From a virus (Duplodnaviria; Caudoviricetes): a stretch of DNA of 64,000 bases. The position numbers were made by a program, and so were the translations under genes. This document shows, piece after piece, positions 29,269-39,619 of this stretch. The notes under the pieces are model-generated. The model was not told the DNA's origin, made no database searches, and worked only from the letters and a program-made list of their open reading frames with translations. The stretch's first letter is position 1; the number at the start of each line of letters is the position of its first letter. The stretch covers positions 8,569-72,568 of IMG/VR virus record IMGVR_UViG_3300046524_000301; one strand, given 5' to 3'.

Positions 29269-30718
29269 CTTTCTTCATCAAATCTTTAACTTCGTCAAAC
29301 AGGTCCTGCTTCGTATCAGAATTCTCTGACAGATACTTGTCGATACTGTACGGCGTCTTACCCCAAAGCGGCTTAGGATGTACGCTGTGAAAATGCTCAA
29401 CTTCTACTTTGCGTTCTTCTTTGGGTAAATGGTCATGGCTTCCGAAACGAACTGCACGGCCAACTACTTGATTGATTTTGCTCTTGTTAAAGTGAGGCTC
29501 AAGAATTTGTACACGCTTGGTGCCTTTACTGTCAAGTCCTTCTGAACCAGACGAAGAGATCAACAGAATCTTCTTCTTACCGGAATTGTACTGCTTAACT
29601 AATTCATCCTTCTCTTTTCGTGACAACGAACCATCATAAATAGCATGATCGATCTTTAATTCTTGCAGTCGTTTTGAATAATCCTTCAGACCTGCATCGA
29701 GATAGTTTGAATACACGAGAGCCTTGAAGTTCTTATCCGTCTTCAGACCGTCCTGGAGGCTCGCTACGGCCTTCTGGATCTTAGGTGAGTACTCACCCTT
29801 GCCATCAGCCTTGAGGTGCTTGTAGCCGTTGGAAACCTGTCTCACGCCTGTCGAGAAGGCATTGAGACTCGACTTTTCTTTCTTGTCCAACGGAAGGTTG
29901 TGACGAATCTTCATTCTGAGCAGGAACGGAATTTTACCTTCAGTAAACTTGTAATACTTCAACTGTTCCGGGGACATTTCTACATCCACGTTCTTTTCAG
30001 TCTTGGAAGGGAAATGATCTTTAGCTTCAGGATCATCCTTGCTATCGTAATAGCTCACATACCGCTGAAGCGCTTCTTTAAGTTCCTTACGACGGTCAAG
30101 TGTTTTAACAGCTTCAGGTTTAGCACCAAGAAGCCGTTCTTTAAACCCAGGCTTGACAATTTCGTCCTTAGTGTAACGCTCTTCCATCTTCTTAGAATCT
30201 TCAGGAAGAACATTGTCATTAGCAGCGATGTTAACGAGCGCTGAAATATCAGACAGCTTATTGTAGTTACCCGTAGCGGTAGCTAGAAGACGTCGATCCG
30301 CTCCGCTGATAATGTCACGAAGCTCTTTGGTACGTTTAGTATTCGTATTGCGAAGTCTGTGAGCCTCGTCGGCAACTACGATCGAGTAATCGTTCTTGCG
30401 AAGATTATGAGCTTCGTTTACTGCCTTCTCGTAGCTCATGACGTCAAGCCTATTCTTGTCAAGGTTGATCTTGTGCTTGAGCAATTCCTTGTCAACGTTA
30501 GTAACAAGGCTCGCCGGGGCAATAACCAACGCTCGTTTCTTCGGATTTTCGTTCTGGTAATGTTCCACAGCTTTAAGGAACGTTTTTGTCTTGCCACTAC
30601 CAAGGCTATGATGAAGGACAACGCCTTTCTCTTTTTCAAGATGTTCAAGTGCGTCAATCTGGTTTGGCCGAAGGTCGCTTTTCTGTTTCCGGGCTATTTT
30701 TTCTAGATACTTATTCAT
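29261..30718 (-). CDS. SNF2-like helicase with NKYLEKIA tag
   Basis: HSLGSGKT, DEAH, TAT, SEGLD, QVVGRAVR. Confidence 0.88.
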   Translation of the reverse strand: MNKYLEKIARKQKSDLRPNQIDALEHLEKEKGVVLHHSLGSGKTKTFLKAVEHYQNENPKKRALVIAPASLVTNVDKELLKHKINLDKNRLDVMSYEKAVNEAHNLRKNDYSIVVADEAHRLRNTNTKRTKELRDIISGADRRLLATATGNYNKLSDISALVNIAANDNVLPEDSKKMEERYTKDEIVKPGFKERLLGAKPEAVKTLDRRKELKEALQRYVSYYDSKDDPEAKDHFPSKTEKNVDVEMSPEQLKYYKFTEGKIPFLLRMKIRHNLPLDKKEKSSLNAFSTGVRQVSNGYKHLKADGKGEYSPKIQKAVASLQDGLKTDKNFKALVYSNYLDAGLKDYSKRLQELKIDHAIYDGSLSRKEKDELVKQYNSGKKKILLISSSGSEGLDSKGTKRVQILEPHFNKSKINQVVGRAVRFGSHDHLPKEERKVEVEHFHSVHPKPLWGKTPYSIDKYLSENSDTKQDLFDEVKDLMKKDD

Positions 30719-30769
30719 TTGCCTATATGCTAAATTGGTATAAGTAATGTACTAAACCTGGAGGTTATC

Positions 30770-30853
30770 ATGTCACTACTTCAAATTCTATTACATCATC
30801 CTATAGATGTAATAATAACGATTGCTATATTGGTATTAATATGCTGGAATTAA
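30770..30853 (+). CDS. 27-aa hydrophobic peptide (not in ORF track)
   Basis: TGGTATAAG at 30736, GGAGG RBS, MSLLQILLHHPIDVIITIAILVLICWN. Confidence 0.6.
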   Translation: MSLLQILLHHPIDVIITIAILVLICWN

Positions 30854-32118
30854 TCCTTGAGAACATCGGTTAACGCCGACGATGTTCTTTTTAGATGAGC
30901 TGAAAGAGGGTTAACCCCTAGTTTGTAAGCTCTATTTTTTAACTGTGAAATACGACCTTCAGATTCCACTCCAGCTTTAATCGGTTTCTTGATAAATTGA
31001 TTATTCAACATATCAACCACTTTCTTACCGTACTTGTTATTAGCCACCTTTTTACTAGCCATAAGATTCTTGGCTGTATTTAAACTACCCGCAGCGGGGT
31101 CGATAGCAAAGCTTGCAACTGCGCCCGTCAAACCTGGTTTTGCAGTAAGATGTCCCGGTACAAAATGCTTACCCTCTGGCTTTGCACCTTTCGTAATATT
31201 GGTTGCAATATTGGAAAGCAACGGATGGGTTTTGTCTTTCCATAACTTAGCCACATCATCGGCTTTACTCATAACATGGTCAAGTGAAGGTAGACCGAGA
31301 TGTTTGCTGACATGGTTATGAACTGCTTGTACCACAGGGTCTCTATGCAAATCGTATTTTTTTAGATCGTTGAACCGACCTTGCGTAAGCATTCTAACAG
31401 CTACTCGTTGACGAGGAGTTGCATGGGCAGTAAGTCCACCTACGGCACGACCTAGATCATGCATTGACTTATGAGCCACGGAGATATCTGGCAGAGTTGC
31501 GCCAAGTGCGGTACGCAGCGCTCTAGCCTTGATGCTATTATCTACGACACCGCGAGCGCCCTGGGCAAACGAATTGGCCAGATAGCGTGACACACGACGT
31601 TTTCCCAAAGCCACATTTGTAGCTACATTTTGAAGTAAGTGAGTAGCGATTGCACCGCCGATAAACGATGCTTGCTTGTCCATACCTTCTTCTATTTTCT
31701 TAAGGTAAGGGTTCTGACTTTTACCCATTCCCGTAATGTTCCTGAAAATCCATGATTTTTCATTTTCTTTAGTCGGAGATTTCTTAAGCAGGAACTTCTG
31801 ACCATCTTTGGTGAATATAACCAGCGAGGTTTCTGTACTGTGTGGAGCTACCATTGCTTTTCTAACCCAATCTAAATGAGTAACGCCAGCGCCATACTGA
31901 CCAGTAGGGATAACCACTTTCTTGCTTAGCGCATATGCTCTGTCATGAACAGGCTGTTCGTAGACTGCAATGATTTCACCTGGACCAGGCATGTCTTTGA
32001 GCGTTGCGAAGGAGTACGCCTTATCTCCATGAACTAGTCGGAGATCGTAGTGCAGGCCCATTACATCAGCTTCGTGACGTTGCCGGGTGAAAAGGAATTC
32101 ATCATTGGGTTGTAACAT
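30850..32118 (-). CDS. LigD-type 3'-phosphoesterase (PE) domain fused to a basic C-terminal domain
   Basis: QRH...HYDLRL, SFA, H...Y, IP.GQYGAG PE motifs; internal NPYLKKI...DKQAS junction. Confidence 0.8.
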   Translation of the reverse strand: MLQPNDEFLFTRQRHEADVMGLHYDLRLVHGDKAYSFATLKDMPGPGEIIAVYEQPVHDRAYALSKKVVIPTGQYGAGVTHLDWVRKAMVAPHSTETSLVIFTKDGQKFLLKKSPTKENEKSWIFRNITGMGKSQNPYLKKIEEGMDKQASFIGGAIATHLLQNVATNVALGKRRVSRYLANSFAQGARGVVDNSIKARALRTALGATLPDISVAHKSMHDLGRAVGGLTAHATPRQRVAVRMLTQGRFNDLKKYDLHRDPVVQAVHNHVSKHLGLPSLDHVMSKADDVAKLWKDKTHPLLSNIATNITKGAKPEGKHFVPGHLTAKPGLTGAVASFAIDPAAGSLNTAKNLMASKKVANNKYGKKVVDMLNNQFIKKPIKAGVESEGRISQLKNRAYKLGVNPLSAHLKRTSSALTDVLKD

Positions 32119-32186
32119 TCTAAAGTGCCTTTGAAAAGCTAAAAAAAGCCTAGACGCATTATACCACGTCTAGACTATTTTAAAAC

Positions 32187-33383
32187 TTAAGCTACAAAGC
32201 TCTGACGATACGAAGTCAGTTTTTCACGAATCGTTTCATCCGAAGAACTCAGAACAAAGAAAGCAAAATCTTCCTTCTGGGAAATGTGTTTCTCAAATGC
32301 CTTCTTAACGATACCTACTGCTTCCGGTTCCGTAACTCCGGTAACTTCGGTAATGAGATCGTCGTTGTACTTGGCACGAATCATTTTGAGTTCTTTGAAG
32401 TTTGTAGAATCGGAGATCATGGACTTATGCGTATTCGGATTCCGTTCCTGCCAAAGCTTCATTTGATACTTACGGATGGTTTCAGGCAGAGTTTCGGGAG
32501 TATGTCTATGGTCAGCGTATTTCGTCTGGATAATTTCGACGAGTTCCTTAAACAGCTTAGATCCATAATAATCAGCAGGGCCAATATAGTTATTGTCCTC
32601 GTCAATATCAAACGAAGACTTACTGATATATTTCGAACCCATGAACCATTGGGCTATCTCCATCCTCGATCTGAAGTATCCATAGCTTCCGTAGTTCTTA
32701 GTTGAAGCGCCAAGAAGCTTAGTGATAGTTTCCATATTGGTAGTGTTTACGATGTAACGCTTATATTCCTCGTCTTCATCTTTAAGGACGAATTGGGTAC
32801 GCCCCATGTAGTCCACATCAAAACCAAACTTTCTAAGAAAATGCTGAACCACTTTAAGGAATTCGCCTTCAAACCCGTTGAGCATTGAAATGATATAGTT
32901 TTCTGGATAGCATCCCACTTCACGGAATTCAGGACCAAAATTGTGAATTACAACTTTCACCCCTTTGAACATAAATTCAATTCTGTTGTTGTCATGACTC
33001 ATTCTAGCCGTAAGCGTATCAAGCTTAAAATGATCGATAATCAAACTCATGAATTCTATGGTTTGTTGTTTTCCATAGCTATAATAAGAAACTTCAAGGG
33101 AAAATGTAATAGTTTCTACGTAGCTGACACCAGACGGATTATCTGTAAATCTATACAAAGGTCTGAGGTAAAATGAAAATCCAGATTCCTTAAAAGTCTT
33201 ATTGATCTCCGAATGCATATCATTGCAAAGTTTTTCATAGTCCGCTTGAAATTTAGGAACGGGGACCCAGTGATTAACATTTGCAGCTAGAGGATTTACA
33301 GGAGCCGGAAGAACGGCTTTAGCAATTTCAGGCGCATCTTTATGCGTTGGTGCAGGTTTTCTAAAAGCCATACTATAATCCAA
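32187..33383 (-). CDS. hypothetical protein (possibly nucleotidyltransferase-like)
   Basis: 398-aa ORF behind promoter variant 33446; functional guess is weak. Confidence 0.55.
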   Translation of the reverse strand: MDYSMAFRKPAPTHKDAPEIAKAVLPAPVNPLAANVNHWVPVPKFQADYEKLCNDMHSEINKTFKESGFSFYLRPLYRFTDNPSGVSYVETITFSLEVSYYSYGKQQTIEFMSLIIDHFKLDTLTARMSHDNNRIEFMFKGVKVVIHNFGPEFREVGCYPENYIISMLNGFEGEFLKVVQHFLRKFGFDVDYMGRTQFVLKDEDEEYKRYIVNTTNMETITKLLGASTKNYGSYGYFRSRMEIAQWFMGSKYISKSSFDIDEDNNYIGPADYYGSKLFKELVEIIQTKYADHRHTPETLPETIRKYQMKLWQERNPNTHKSMISDSTNFKELKMIRAKYNDDLITEVTGVTEPEAVGIVKKAFEKHISQKEDFAFFVLSSSDETIREKLTSYRQSFVA

Positions 33384-33514
33384 TTACAGAAATGAAATTC
33401 CATTAACCTAAAAAAGTAAAAGAAAGGTAAATGGGCTTTACATACGTTATACCAACAGATCCTCGATTTACTTAAAAAAACGGGCTGGAGATTATTAGTC
33501 TCACAGCCCTTTCC

Positions 33515-33856
33515 TCAGATACGAGTGTTTCTCAAATACTGAAACTGTGCAGACGGAAGGCTTTTATGCTTTACCTTCTCCTTGTAGTCTTTGAGAAGCC
33601 CGAGATCAGCCGGGTGAAAGCCCTTCATGGTCGAAAGCACCGGCGTGGTTTTCAGGTCACGCAAAAACGTTTCGTGAACCACGACGATCTGCGACGTGCC
33701 TGCACGGACACGTTCCTGGTTGTGGTAGCAGGAAGTAAGACGTCGTTCGACTTCGTTCTTCAACTTGATCTGATCCGTGCTGTAAACACAGCCGTCATCG
33801 ATCCAGCCAAAGCCCGGTTGATACTCTTCAATCTGAGTCCGATATACTGCATACAT
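33515..33856 (-). CDS. hypothetical protein, paralog of 33882-34148
   Basis: E.E..PGFG..DDG..YS motif. Confidence 0.6.
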   Translation of the reverse strand: MYAVYRTQIEEYQPGFGWIDDGCVYSTDQIKLKNEVERRLTSCYHNQERVRAGTSQIVVVHETFLRDLKTTPVLSTMKGFHPADLGLLKDYKEKVKHKSLPSAQFQYLRNTRI

Positions 33857-33881
33857 AGCTCACCCCTATGTGTTACTGCGA

Positions 33882-34148
33882 TTAACCGACGATTGTCAAA
33901 TCACCCTTTTTCTTGCCGACCGCCGTACTGATACACACGGTTTCCATCAGATCCAAGTGAAGCTCTGCCGAGATGGGGATGAACTCCGCACGGCCAGCGA
34001 GAATGGTTACTCCCTTCCATTTAGTTTCGGTAAGCTGCTTTGCTCTTGCTTCAACAGCTTCCTTGGTTAAAGAGTACAAATAACCATCCGGTCTCGGACC
34101 CCAGCCATGCTCAACTTCGGTCATTTCAATACGCCATGCACCGTTCAT
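33882..34148 (-). CDS. hypothetical protein
   Basis: GGAGG RBS, promoter 34191; E.E.GWG.RPDG..YS. Confidence 0.65.
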   Translation of the reverse strand: MNGAWRIEMTEVEHGWGPRPDGYLYSLTKEAVEARAKQLTETKWKGVTILAGRAEFIPISAELHLDLMETVCISTAVGKKKGDLTIVG

Positions 34149-34242
34149 GATGCCTCCCTAAAATGAGGTGGATATTATTTCCGTACTGTACTTATACCAT
34201 TAAAGTCGCTAAAATAGGAGGTGATTTTTAACCTCCGAAAAC

Positions 34243-36069
34243 ATGACTGAACAATATACAACGCCTGGAGCTATCAAGCTCAAATCCGAACTTCCAACTC
34301 AGGAAGCGCGGGACAATTTTGATCTGTATCGCCCTTTAGATAAAAAAGGTATTTCGGATCTGGTCAACGTCCTGCTTAAACATGGCGGTCCTAATTCTCA
34401 CGAATCCATAAATGATCTCGGTAAAAAGTTCTTCAACAAGGCTACTGAGATTGGCGCAACCACGCCCTTAACTGACTACATCAACGAATCTGACGAACGC
34501 CAAGCAATCATCGATGAATTCCAGACAAAGGTTAATCAGATTTTCTCTAGGAAGCTGGCTAAAAAAGAAGAAAACGAAGCTCTTGGTAACCTAACTGGAG
34601 AGTACAATGGGAAGATTGAAAAACAAAATATAGATCACCTTATGTCACGAGGCTCTACCGCAGCAAAGATGGCTAAGACGGGTGCTCGTGGTAATCCTAC
34701 TCAGCTTGCAACTGGTACTTCAACGCCTCTTATGTCGATTAACTTGAAGGGCGAACTAGTACCGTTCGTTATTAAGCATTCTTTTGCCCAAGGTATGACT
34801 CCAGCTGAACTGATAGCGATGTCGTACATGGGACGTGGATCTACGGTTCTGTCTCAACTATCAACGGCTCTACCGGGCGCTCTATTTAAAGAGCTGTCCC
34901 CAACTGTATTCCACGAAGTTATCACTATTGATGATTGCGGAACCACCAATGGCATTCTTCTTCCGATATCTGACAAAAAAGGTGCTATCGGTAGATACGA
35001 AGCGGGCACTAACACGCTTATCGACGAAGCTTACTACAAAGAAAAGGTTGCCTCTGGAGCCAAGAGCATAAAGGTTCGTAGTGTCCTTACCTGCGAAGCT
35101 CATCAAGGCGTTTGCAAGAAATGCTACGGTCTTATGGGGAATGGAAAACCTGCTGAAATTGGCGAAAACGTCGGCGTTATCGCAGCACAATCTGTGTCAG
35201 AAGTTCTTACGCAGTCTATGCTTGCAACTAAGCACAAAGCATCGGTAGGCGCTCGTAAAGGCAATTCGTATGAACAGGCTTCTAATCTTCTACGCAATCC
35301 GGCTGAAAACTTCAAGGACGAAGCTACTATTTCGGGTATTAACGGAACTGTCTCTTTAATCAAGCAAACTCCTCTTGGTGACCATCAGGTATTTGTTAAT
35401 GAACAGTCCCATTTCGTTCCGCGCATCCAAAACCTAAAAGTTTCAGTAGGTGATAAGGTTCTGAAAGGCGATTCGCTTTCTACTGGCGTTGTTAATCCCC
35501 GTAAACTCGTAGGTCTTAAAGGCCTTGGGGCAGGAAGACTTTATATGAGTCATGAACTTCGTGGTATTTACGGTTCAGATCTAGATCCTCGTCACTTCGA
35601 AATGATCGCAAAGAATCTGGTCAAGCACGTTGAAGTCGTAGATCCAGGTGAAACTGGCTTCCTACCCGGTCAAAAGATTGATGTAAACACGGTTCGTAAA
35701 TACTTCTCTGATACACATGGTGACGTGCCTCTCGAAAACGCAGAAGGTAAGCTTCTGGCCAAAGGCGTGCATGAGCTTACAGCAGGTACGCTGCTTGACG
35801 GTAACCACATCCAGGAATTGCGTGAACGTGGTGTCACAAAGGTTCCAGTAGCATCGACCGGACTGAAAGTAATCCCTATCGTTCCTGGTCTTAAGACGGC
35901 TAAGTTGCTTGATGATAACTGGGTTTCGAAACTGTCGTTCTCTGGTCTTAAGAATACGCTTCGTGAAAGCGCTGCAGTTGGTGCAGAATCAGATCTTCAT
36001 AGCACTGAGCCTATTACCCCGTACATTATCGGTAATGAATTTGGCGAAGGTGAAGGAGGACAGTACTAA
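34243..36069 (+). CDS. phage RNA polymerase beta-prime C-terminal fragment
   Basis: MAKTGARGN, SFAQG, DDCGT, RSVLTC...GVCKKCYG, GENVGVIAAQS, DPRHFEMI. Confidence 0.9.
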   Translation: MTEQYTTPGAIKLKSELPTQEARDNFDLYRPLDKKGISDLVNVLLKHGGPNSHESINDLGKKFFNKATEIGATTPLTDYINESDERQAIIDEFQTKVNQIFSRKLAKKEENEALGNLTGEYNGKIEKQNIDHLMSRGSTAAKMAKTGARGNPTQLATGTSTPLMSINLKGELVPFVIKHSFAQGMTPAELIAMSYMGRGSTVLSQLSTALPGALFKELSPTVFHEVITIDDCGTTNGILLPISDKKGAIGRYEAGTNTLIDEAYYKEKVASGAKSIKVRSVLTCEAHQGVCKKCYGLMGNGKPAEIGENVGVIAAQSVSEVLTQSMLATKHKASVGARKGNSYEQASNLLRNPAENFKDEATISGINGTVSLIKQTPLGDHQVFVNEQSHFVPRIQNLKVSVGDKVLKGDSLSTGVVNPRKLVGLKGLGAGRLYMSHELRGIYGSDLDPRHFEMIAKNLVKHVEVVDPGETGFLPGQKIDVNTVRKYFSDTHGDVPLENAEGKLLAKGVHELTAGTLLDGNHIQELRERGVTKVPVASTGLKVIPIVPGLKTAKLLDDNWVSKLSFSGLKNTLRESAAVGAESDLHSTEPITPYIIGNEFGEGEGGQY

Positions 36070-36851
36070 TGGCAAGTGGTGCAGTTACAGGTCCAGTAGT
36101 AGACAACTCTATTAAGCAGATTTGCTCTACTACGATATCTCAACTCCTTAGCCAATATTTTGCGAACACTCTGGGAAAAGAGACCGATATCGTTAAACTG
36201 GTATTGGCTCAAATCCAATACGAAAGTCACTTCAACGTTAATGCTCAAGGTCCAGCCTTGAGTGTTATCAATTCGTCAGGTGCTAGAGACTATATGAACT
36301 CTAGCGCAGTTCAAACTATTATCGGTAGAGGTATCAACCAACAATCTGTCAATGTTGATCAAGGTCTCAGAGCATGGGGTCTTCTTCAAACGATGGGTTG
36401 GAACCAGGTTAAAGGCGCATCTCAGAAAACTGGTAAGTGCCTTATTGAAACAGCAAGGCCTGATCTTGTATCCGTGCTGTGTGTGAATCCAGGCGAAAGC
36501 CTTTCTGTAAAGTTCAACGGCTCAGCTACAGTTTCAAACCAGATCCTCGCAGGGCTGGTTGTTCTGGAATCCAAATATAAAGCGGTGAAACAATCAGGAA
36601 ATCAATTCAGTATCGGGCAGTTCACGTATAATAGTCGCATGGAAGCAACATTTCAGGCGTATATTGGACTTGCTACTACAGATAGAGGTAATGGGAGTTT
36701 GACATCTACCTATGTCGCCAGTATTTATTATGGAGATGCCTTTAATAAGGCTAATGGATCAGGTGGCGTTGTGGTATCAAATCCGGGATCAACAAGTACA
36801 GGTGCTATTACAATAGCTTCTGGCGACAATCAGCATCCGCCTGGGTGCTAA
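36069..36851 (+). CDS. lysozyme-fold/transglycosylase-like virion protein
   Basis: QYESHFN catalytic Glu, WGLLQ, AY motifs. Confidence 0.6.
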   Translation: MASGAVTGPVVDNSIKQICSTTISQLLSQYFANTLGKETDIVKLVLAQIQYESHFNVNAQGPALSVINSSGARDYMNSSAVQTIIGRGINQQSVNVDQGLRAWGLLQTMGWNQVKGASQKTGKCLIETARPDLVSVLCVNPGESLSVKFNGSATVSNQILAGLVVLESKYKAVKQSGNQFSIGQFTYNSRMEATFQAYIGLATTDRGNGSLTSTYVASIYYGDAFNKANGSGGVVVSNPGSTSTGAITIASGDNQHPPGC

Positions 36852-36928
36852 AATCAGCGTAGACTAAATATGGCTTATTCTGCTAAAATACGTGCATAAT
36901 TAAGCTCAATTTCAAAGGACTGTTATAA

Positions 36929-38884
36929 ATGGATTTCTCCGACATCGCTCTTGCAAAACTGCTTCAAACCGTTCCGGAGCTAGGAAATTACATTATCACG
37001 TTTAAGGACGTTTCTGAAGAACTCCAAGATGACACTGGCATTCAGGTCGGCGTTTTCGTACTGAGAGTCGGTACTGAAATCTTCTTCATCCCTGTCGTTT
37101 CAAAGAACGATAACGTATACCCTATCGACTCTATCTTCTTTGACTCGGAAAAGCGGTTTTTCCCGCTGACAAAGAAAACGGTCATGCTCGTCACTTCGTC
37201 GAGCCAAATGGACCAAGGTAAGCCTACTGACATTCCTAAGACTGTCGTTGGTAATCCTAGCGTTGCGGACATGATTAATCCGCCGCGTACAGGCAAGCAT
37301 GTTTACGCCAGCTCAAGTCGTCTTACTGAGTTCATGGCCGCATTGCCTGACTATCTTAAACAAGCAACAATGGAGAAAATCGCTGCCGAAAAATCGGTAT
37401 ATGATTCCCTTGATGAAATGTATGGACTCAAGGCCATTTTCGACGTACTTAAAAACCGTCCGCAAAGCTTGGCCGCTGTTACTAATGCTGTACCTATTTC
37501 AGTTGTTACGGATGCAAATCCGGCAATGACCCAAGATCAGATCTCCTCAATCCTGAACGACGGTTATCACGTATCGGGCGAACAGCCTTATGCGCGTGTT
37601 GCCGTTGCAGTGCAAAATTTCAATACTTCAGGTACGTTCCGTAACGTTACAAATCTTGATGGAGATAGAGATTTTGAAATTATGCTTTCTAATGGTACGT
37701 CTCGTGAAGCATACATTCCTAAAATGTATACTCTGGGCTCTCGCCCAAGAGGTGTGAGTGGGGATTACGACGCACCCCGTTCGACTCTGGCATTGTTTAC
37801 AACTGGTGATTATGCTCTGGACGAAGGTTTTATCGCAGTAGGTGAAACTCTTGATCGTAGAACTGTTCTTAAAACAATGTTTGATTACAATCCGCCCCTT
37901 ATGTTGAAAGACGTTGAGAGCGGTGATACAATTGTCATCGTGCTAAATTCAGGTGAATTCCTTGGTCCGATTTCGGTAAGCCGAGTATCTCTGAGCAGCT
38001 ACGGTGTAGAAGTAAAGGGTTCATCATATGATTCTGGATATGGGGCATTGACTCTATTCGGGTATCGTAATGTTCCAGGCAATATCAATGTTTGTGGCAC
38101 GTACGAGCGTAAGGAAATCTATATTCCTTTCAACTCAATCGTTATCAAGCTTAAGAAGAATCTGAGTTCCGAACTGGAAGTCAACGTTAATGCTGCAAGT
38201 CGTAAGCGTCATATCCATGACATTCAATGGCTCGGCGATGAAATGAACATCGGTTACGATGGTGTTGAATTCGCTATTAACGGCAAGACTGCTGGCGCTG
38301 AAGCCAATGTTATGAAACGTCTGGTTGTTGATGAAGGAATCGATCCTGAAGTGGCATCGAGCTTTGTCAAGCAGGCTAAAGAAATCAAGTTCGTTAAGGT
38401 TTACATGACTAAACGTGCTGGATTTACGAATGCCCAAGACGACGGTAACATGCCTCAGTATGGCGACGAAGACCAAACTGGTATTGATCCTGATGAAGTT
38501 ACGATGAACGGGGCTTATCAGCCTAACGGTCAGTTTATTCCTAACGTTCAGAATGCACTTGCTACTAACGACGCTCAGGTAACGGAAGCAACCATTATTT
38601 CGGAACTGCTTCAAGCTCCTGACATGTTCGAGTTGATCGAAGAATACCTTCCGGAAATCGAACAAGCCATTGACAAGCTGGGCCGTACTCTGTTCATGGC
38701 TCGTGTTCACGTTAGTCGTCTTGCAGAAGCAAACGACGCAGATCAGGTTTATGCATTCCTTGCAGGTCTGAAGACTGTATATCGTCTGCTAGGTGATAAC
38801 TACATCAAGCTCAAGGAATATGCTGCTACTGCGGACTCTATCGACACTGAGGCACCGGGCAAACAAATGGCCGTCAAAGAGTAA
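36929..38884 (+). CDS. head/core structural protein
   Basis: 651 aa, late motif, EKIA, KQA and KRA sites; starts the head module. Confidence 0.55.
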   Translation: MDFSDIALAKLLQTVPELGNYIITFKDVSEELQDDTGIQVGVFVLRVGTEIFFIPVVSKNDNVYPIDSIFFDSEKRFFPLTKKTVMLVTSSSQMDQGKPTDIPKTVVGNPSVADMINPPRTGKHVYASSSRLTEFMAALPDYLKQATMEKIAAEKSVYDSLDEMYGLKAIFDVLKNRPQSLAAVTNAVPISVVTDANPAMTQDQISSILNDGYHVSGEQPYARVAVAVQNFNTSGTFRNVTNLDGDRDFEIMLSNGTSREAYIPKMYTLGSRPRGVSGDYDAPRSTLALFTTGDYALDEGFIAVGETLDRRTVLKTMFDYNPPLMLKDVESGDTIVIVLNSGEFLGPISVSRVSLSSYGVEVKGSSYDSGYGALTLFGYRNVPGNINVCGTYERKEIYIPFNSIVIKLKKNLSSELEVNVNAASRKRHIHDIQWLGDEMNIGYDGVEFAINGKTAGAEANVMKRLVVDEGIDPEVASSFVKQAKEIKFVKVYMTKRAGFTNAQDDGNMPQYGDEDQTGIDPDEVTMNGAYQPNGQFIPNVQNALATNDAQVTEATIISELLQAPDMFELIEEYLPEIEQAIDKLGRTLFMARVHVSRLAEANDADQVYAFLAGLKTVYRLLGDNYIKLKEYAATADSIDTEAPGKQMAVKE

Positions 38885-38893
38885 CCATGAGCA

Positions 38894-39619
38894 ATGAGAC
38901 CAAATCAACGAGAGCTTCATATTCGTAACAACGTCAGAAACGTAGACCCCCTTGTAGATATAATTCTCTCGGGGGTTGAAGGGCCTGAGCGTGACGCCTA
39001 TTTACAGGCGTGTCCTATTAAAGAATCGAAATTAAAAAAAGGATACGTAGAAGCTAGTCTTCTATGTACCAACGATTTCGAAGCTATCTCCCACATCCTA
39101 GAGCTTCCAGTGGAAGTAATCCGGATGTATTCTGCTATCTTCTATGACGTCACTGAATGCGATAAGCTTACAAAAATGGAGCTTCTCGACGTTCGTGATA
39201 AAAATGAAGCTAATCTGAAACTCTGGGCTCTATCGCAAGGCCTGGAGTTTATTGCTTGGAGAATGGGAAAAGCCGTTCAAGTATCTCCTGTCGATGGACT
39301 TGTTGATCTTTTCACTACTTGTCTTTATAAATCCCGTGAAGCTATGTTCAGCGGAAACGTTGCAGAAGCATCTAAGGAAGCTACAAAATGGGTCAAATTA
39401 AGCATGGACATAGCTCGACTGTTGAAGGTATGGACAACGGACGCAGGCGCTGCTAAGAAGGATCTAGAGATCGCAATCCGCGAAGTTGTACCTGACTTCC
39501 AGGGCTTCGATAGCTTGGACAACTTCGATATCAAAGAGCTTACAGACCTACCAGCACGTGATCTAGGTCAAGACTTAGACGATAGAGAATCAGAACCGCC
39601 ATCTGAAGAAAATGAATAA
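38894..39619 (+). CDS. hypothetical protein
   Basis: 241-aa ORF in the head module. Confidence 0.6.
   Translation: MRPNQRELHIRNNVRNVDPLVDIILSGVEGPERDAYLQACPIKESKLKKGYVEASLLCTNDFEAISHILELPVEVIRMYSAIFYDVTECDKLTKMELLDVRDKNEANLKLWALSQGLEFIAWRMGKAVQVSPVDGLVDLFTTCLYKSREAMFSGNVAEASKEATKWVKLSMDIARLLKVWTTDAGAAKKDLEIAIREVVPDFQGFDSLDNFDIKELTDLPARDLGQDLDDRESEPPSEENE

Noticed and set aside
32151-32172. TGGTATAAT as another early promoter
   Set aside because: It lies in the loop of a terminator-like hairpin and deviates from the consensus; TAAAATA at 32176-32182 explains the operon better, though dual control is not excluded.
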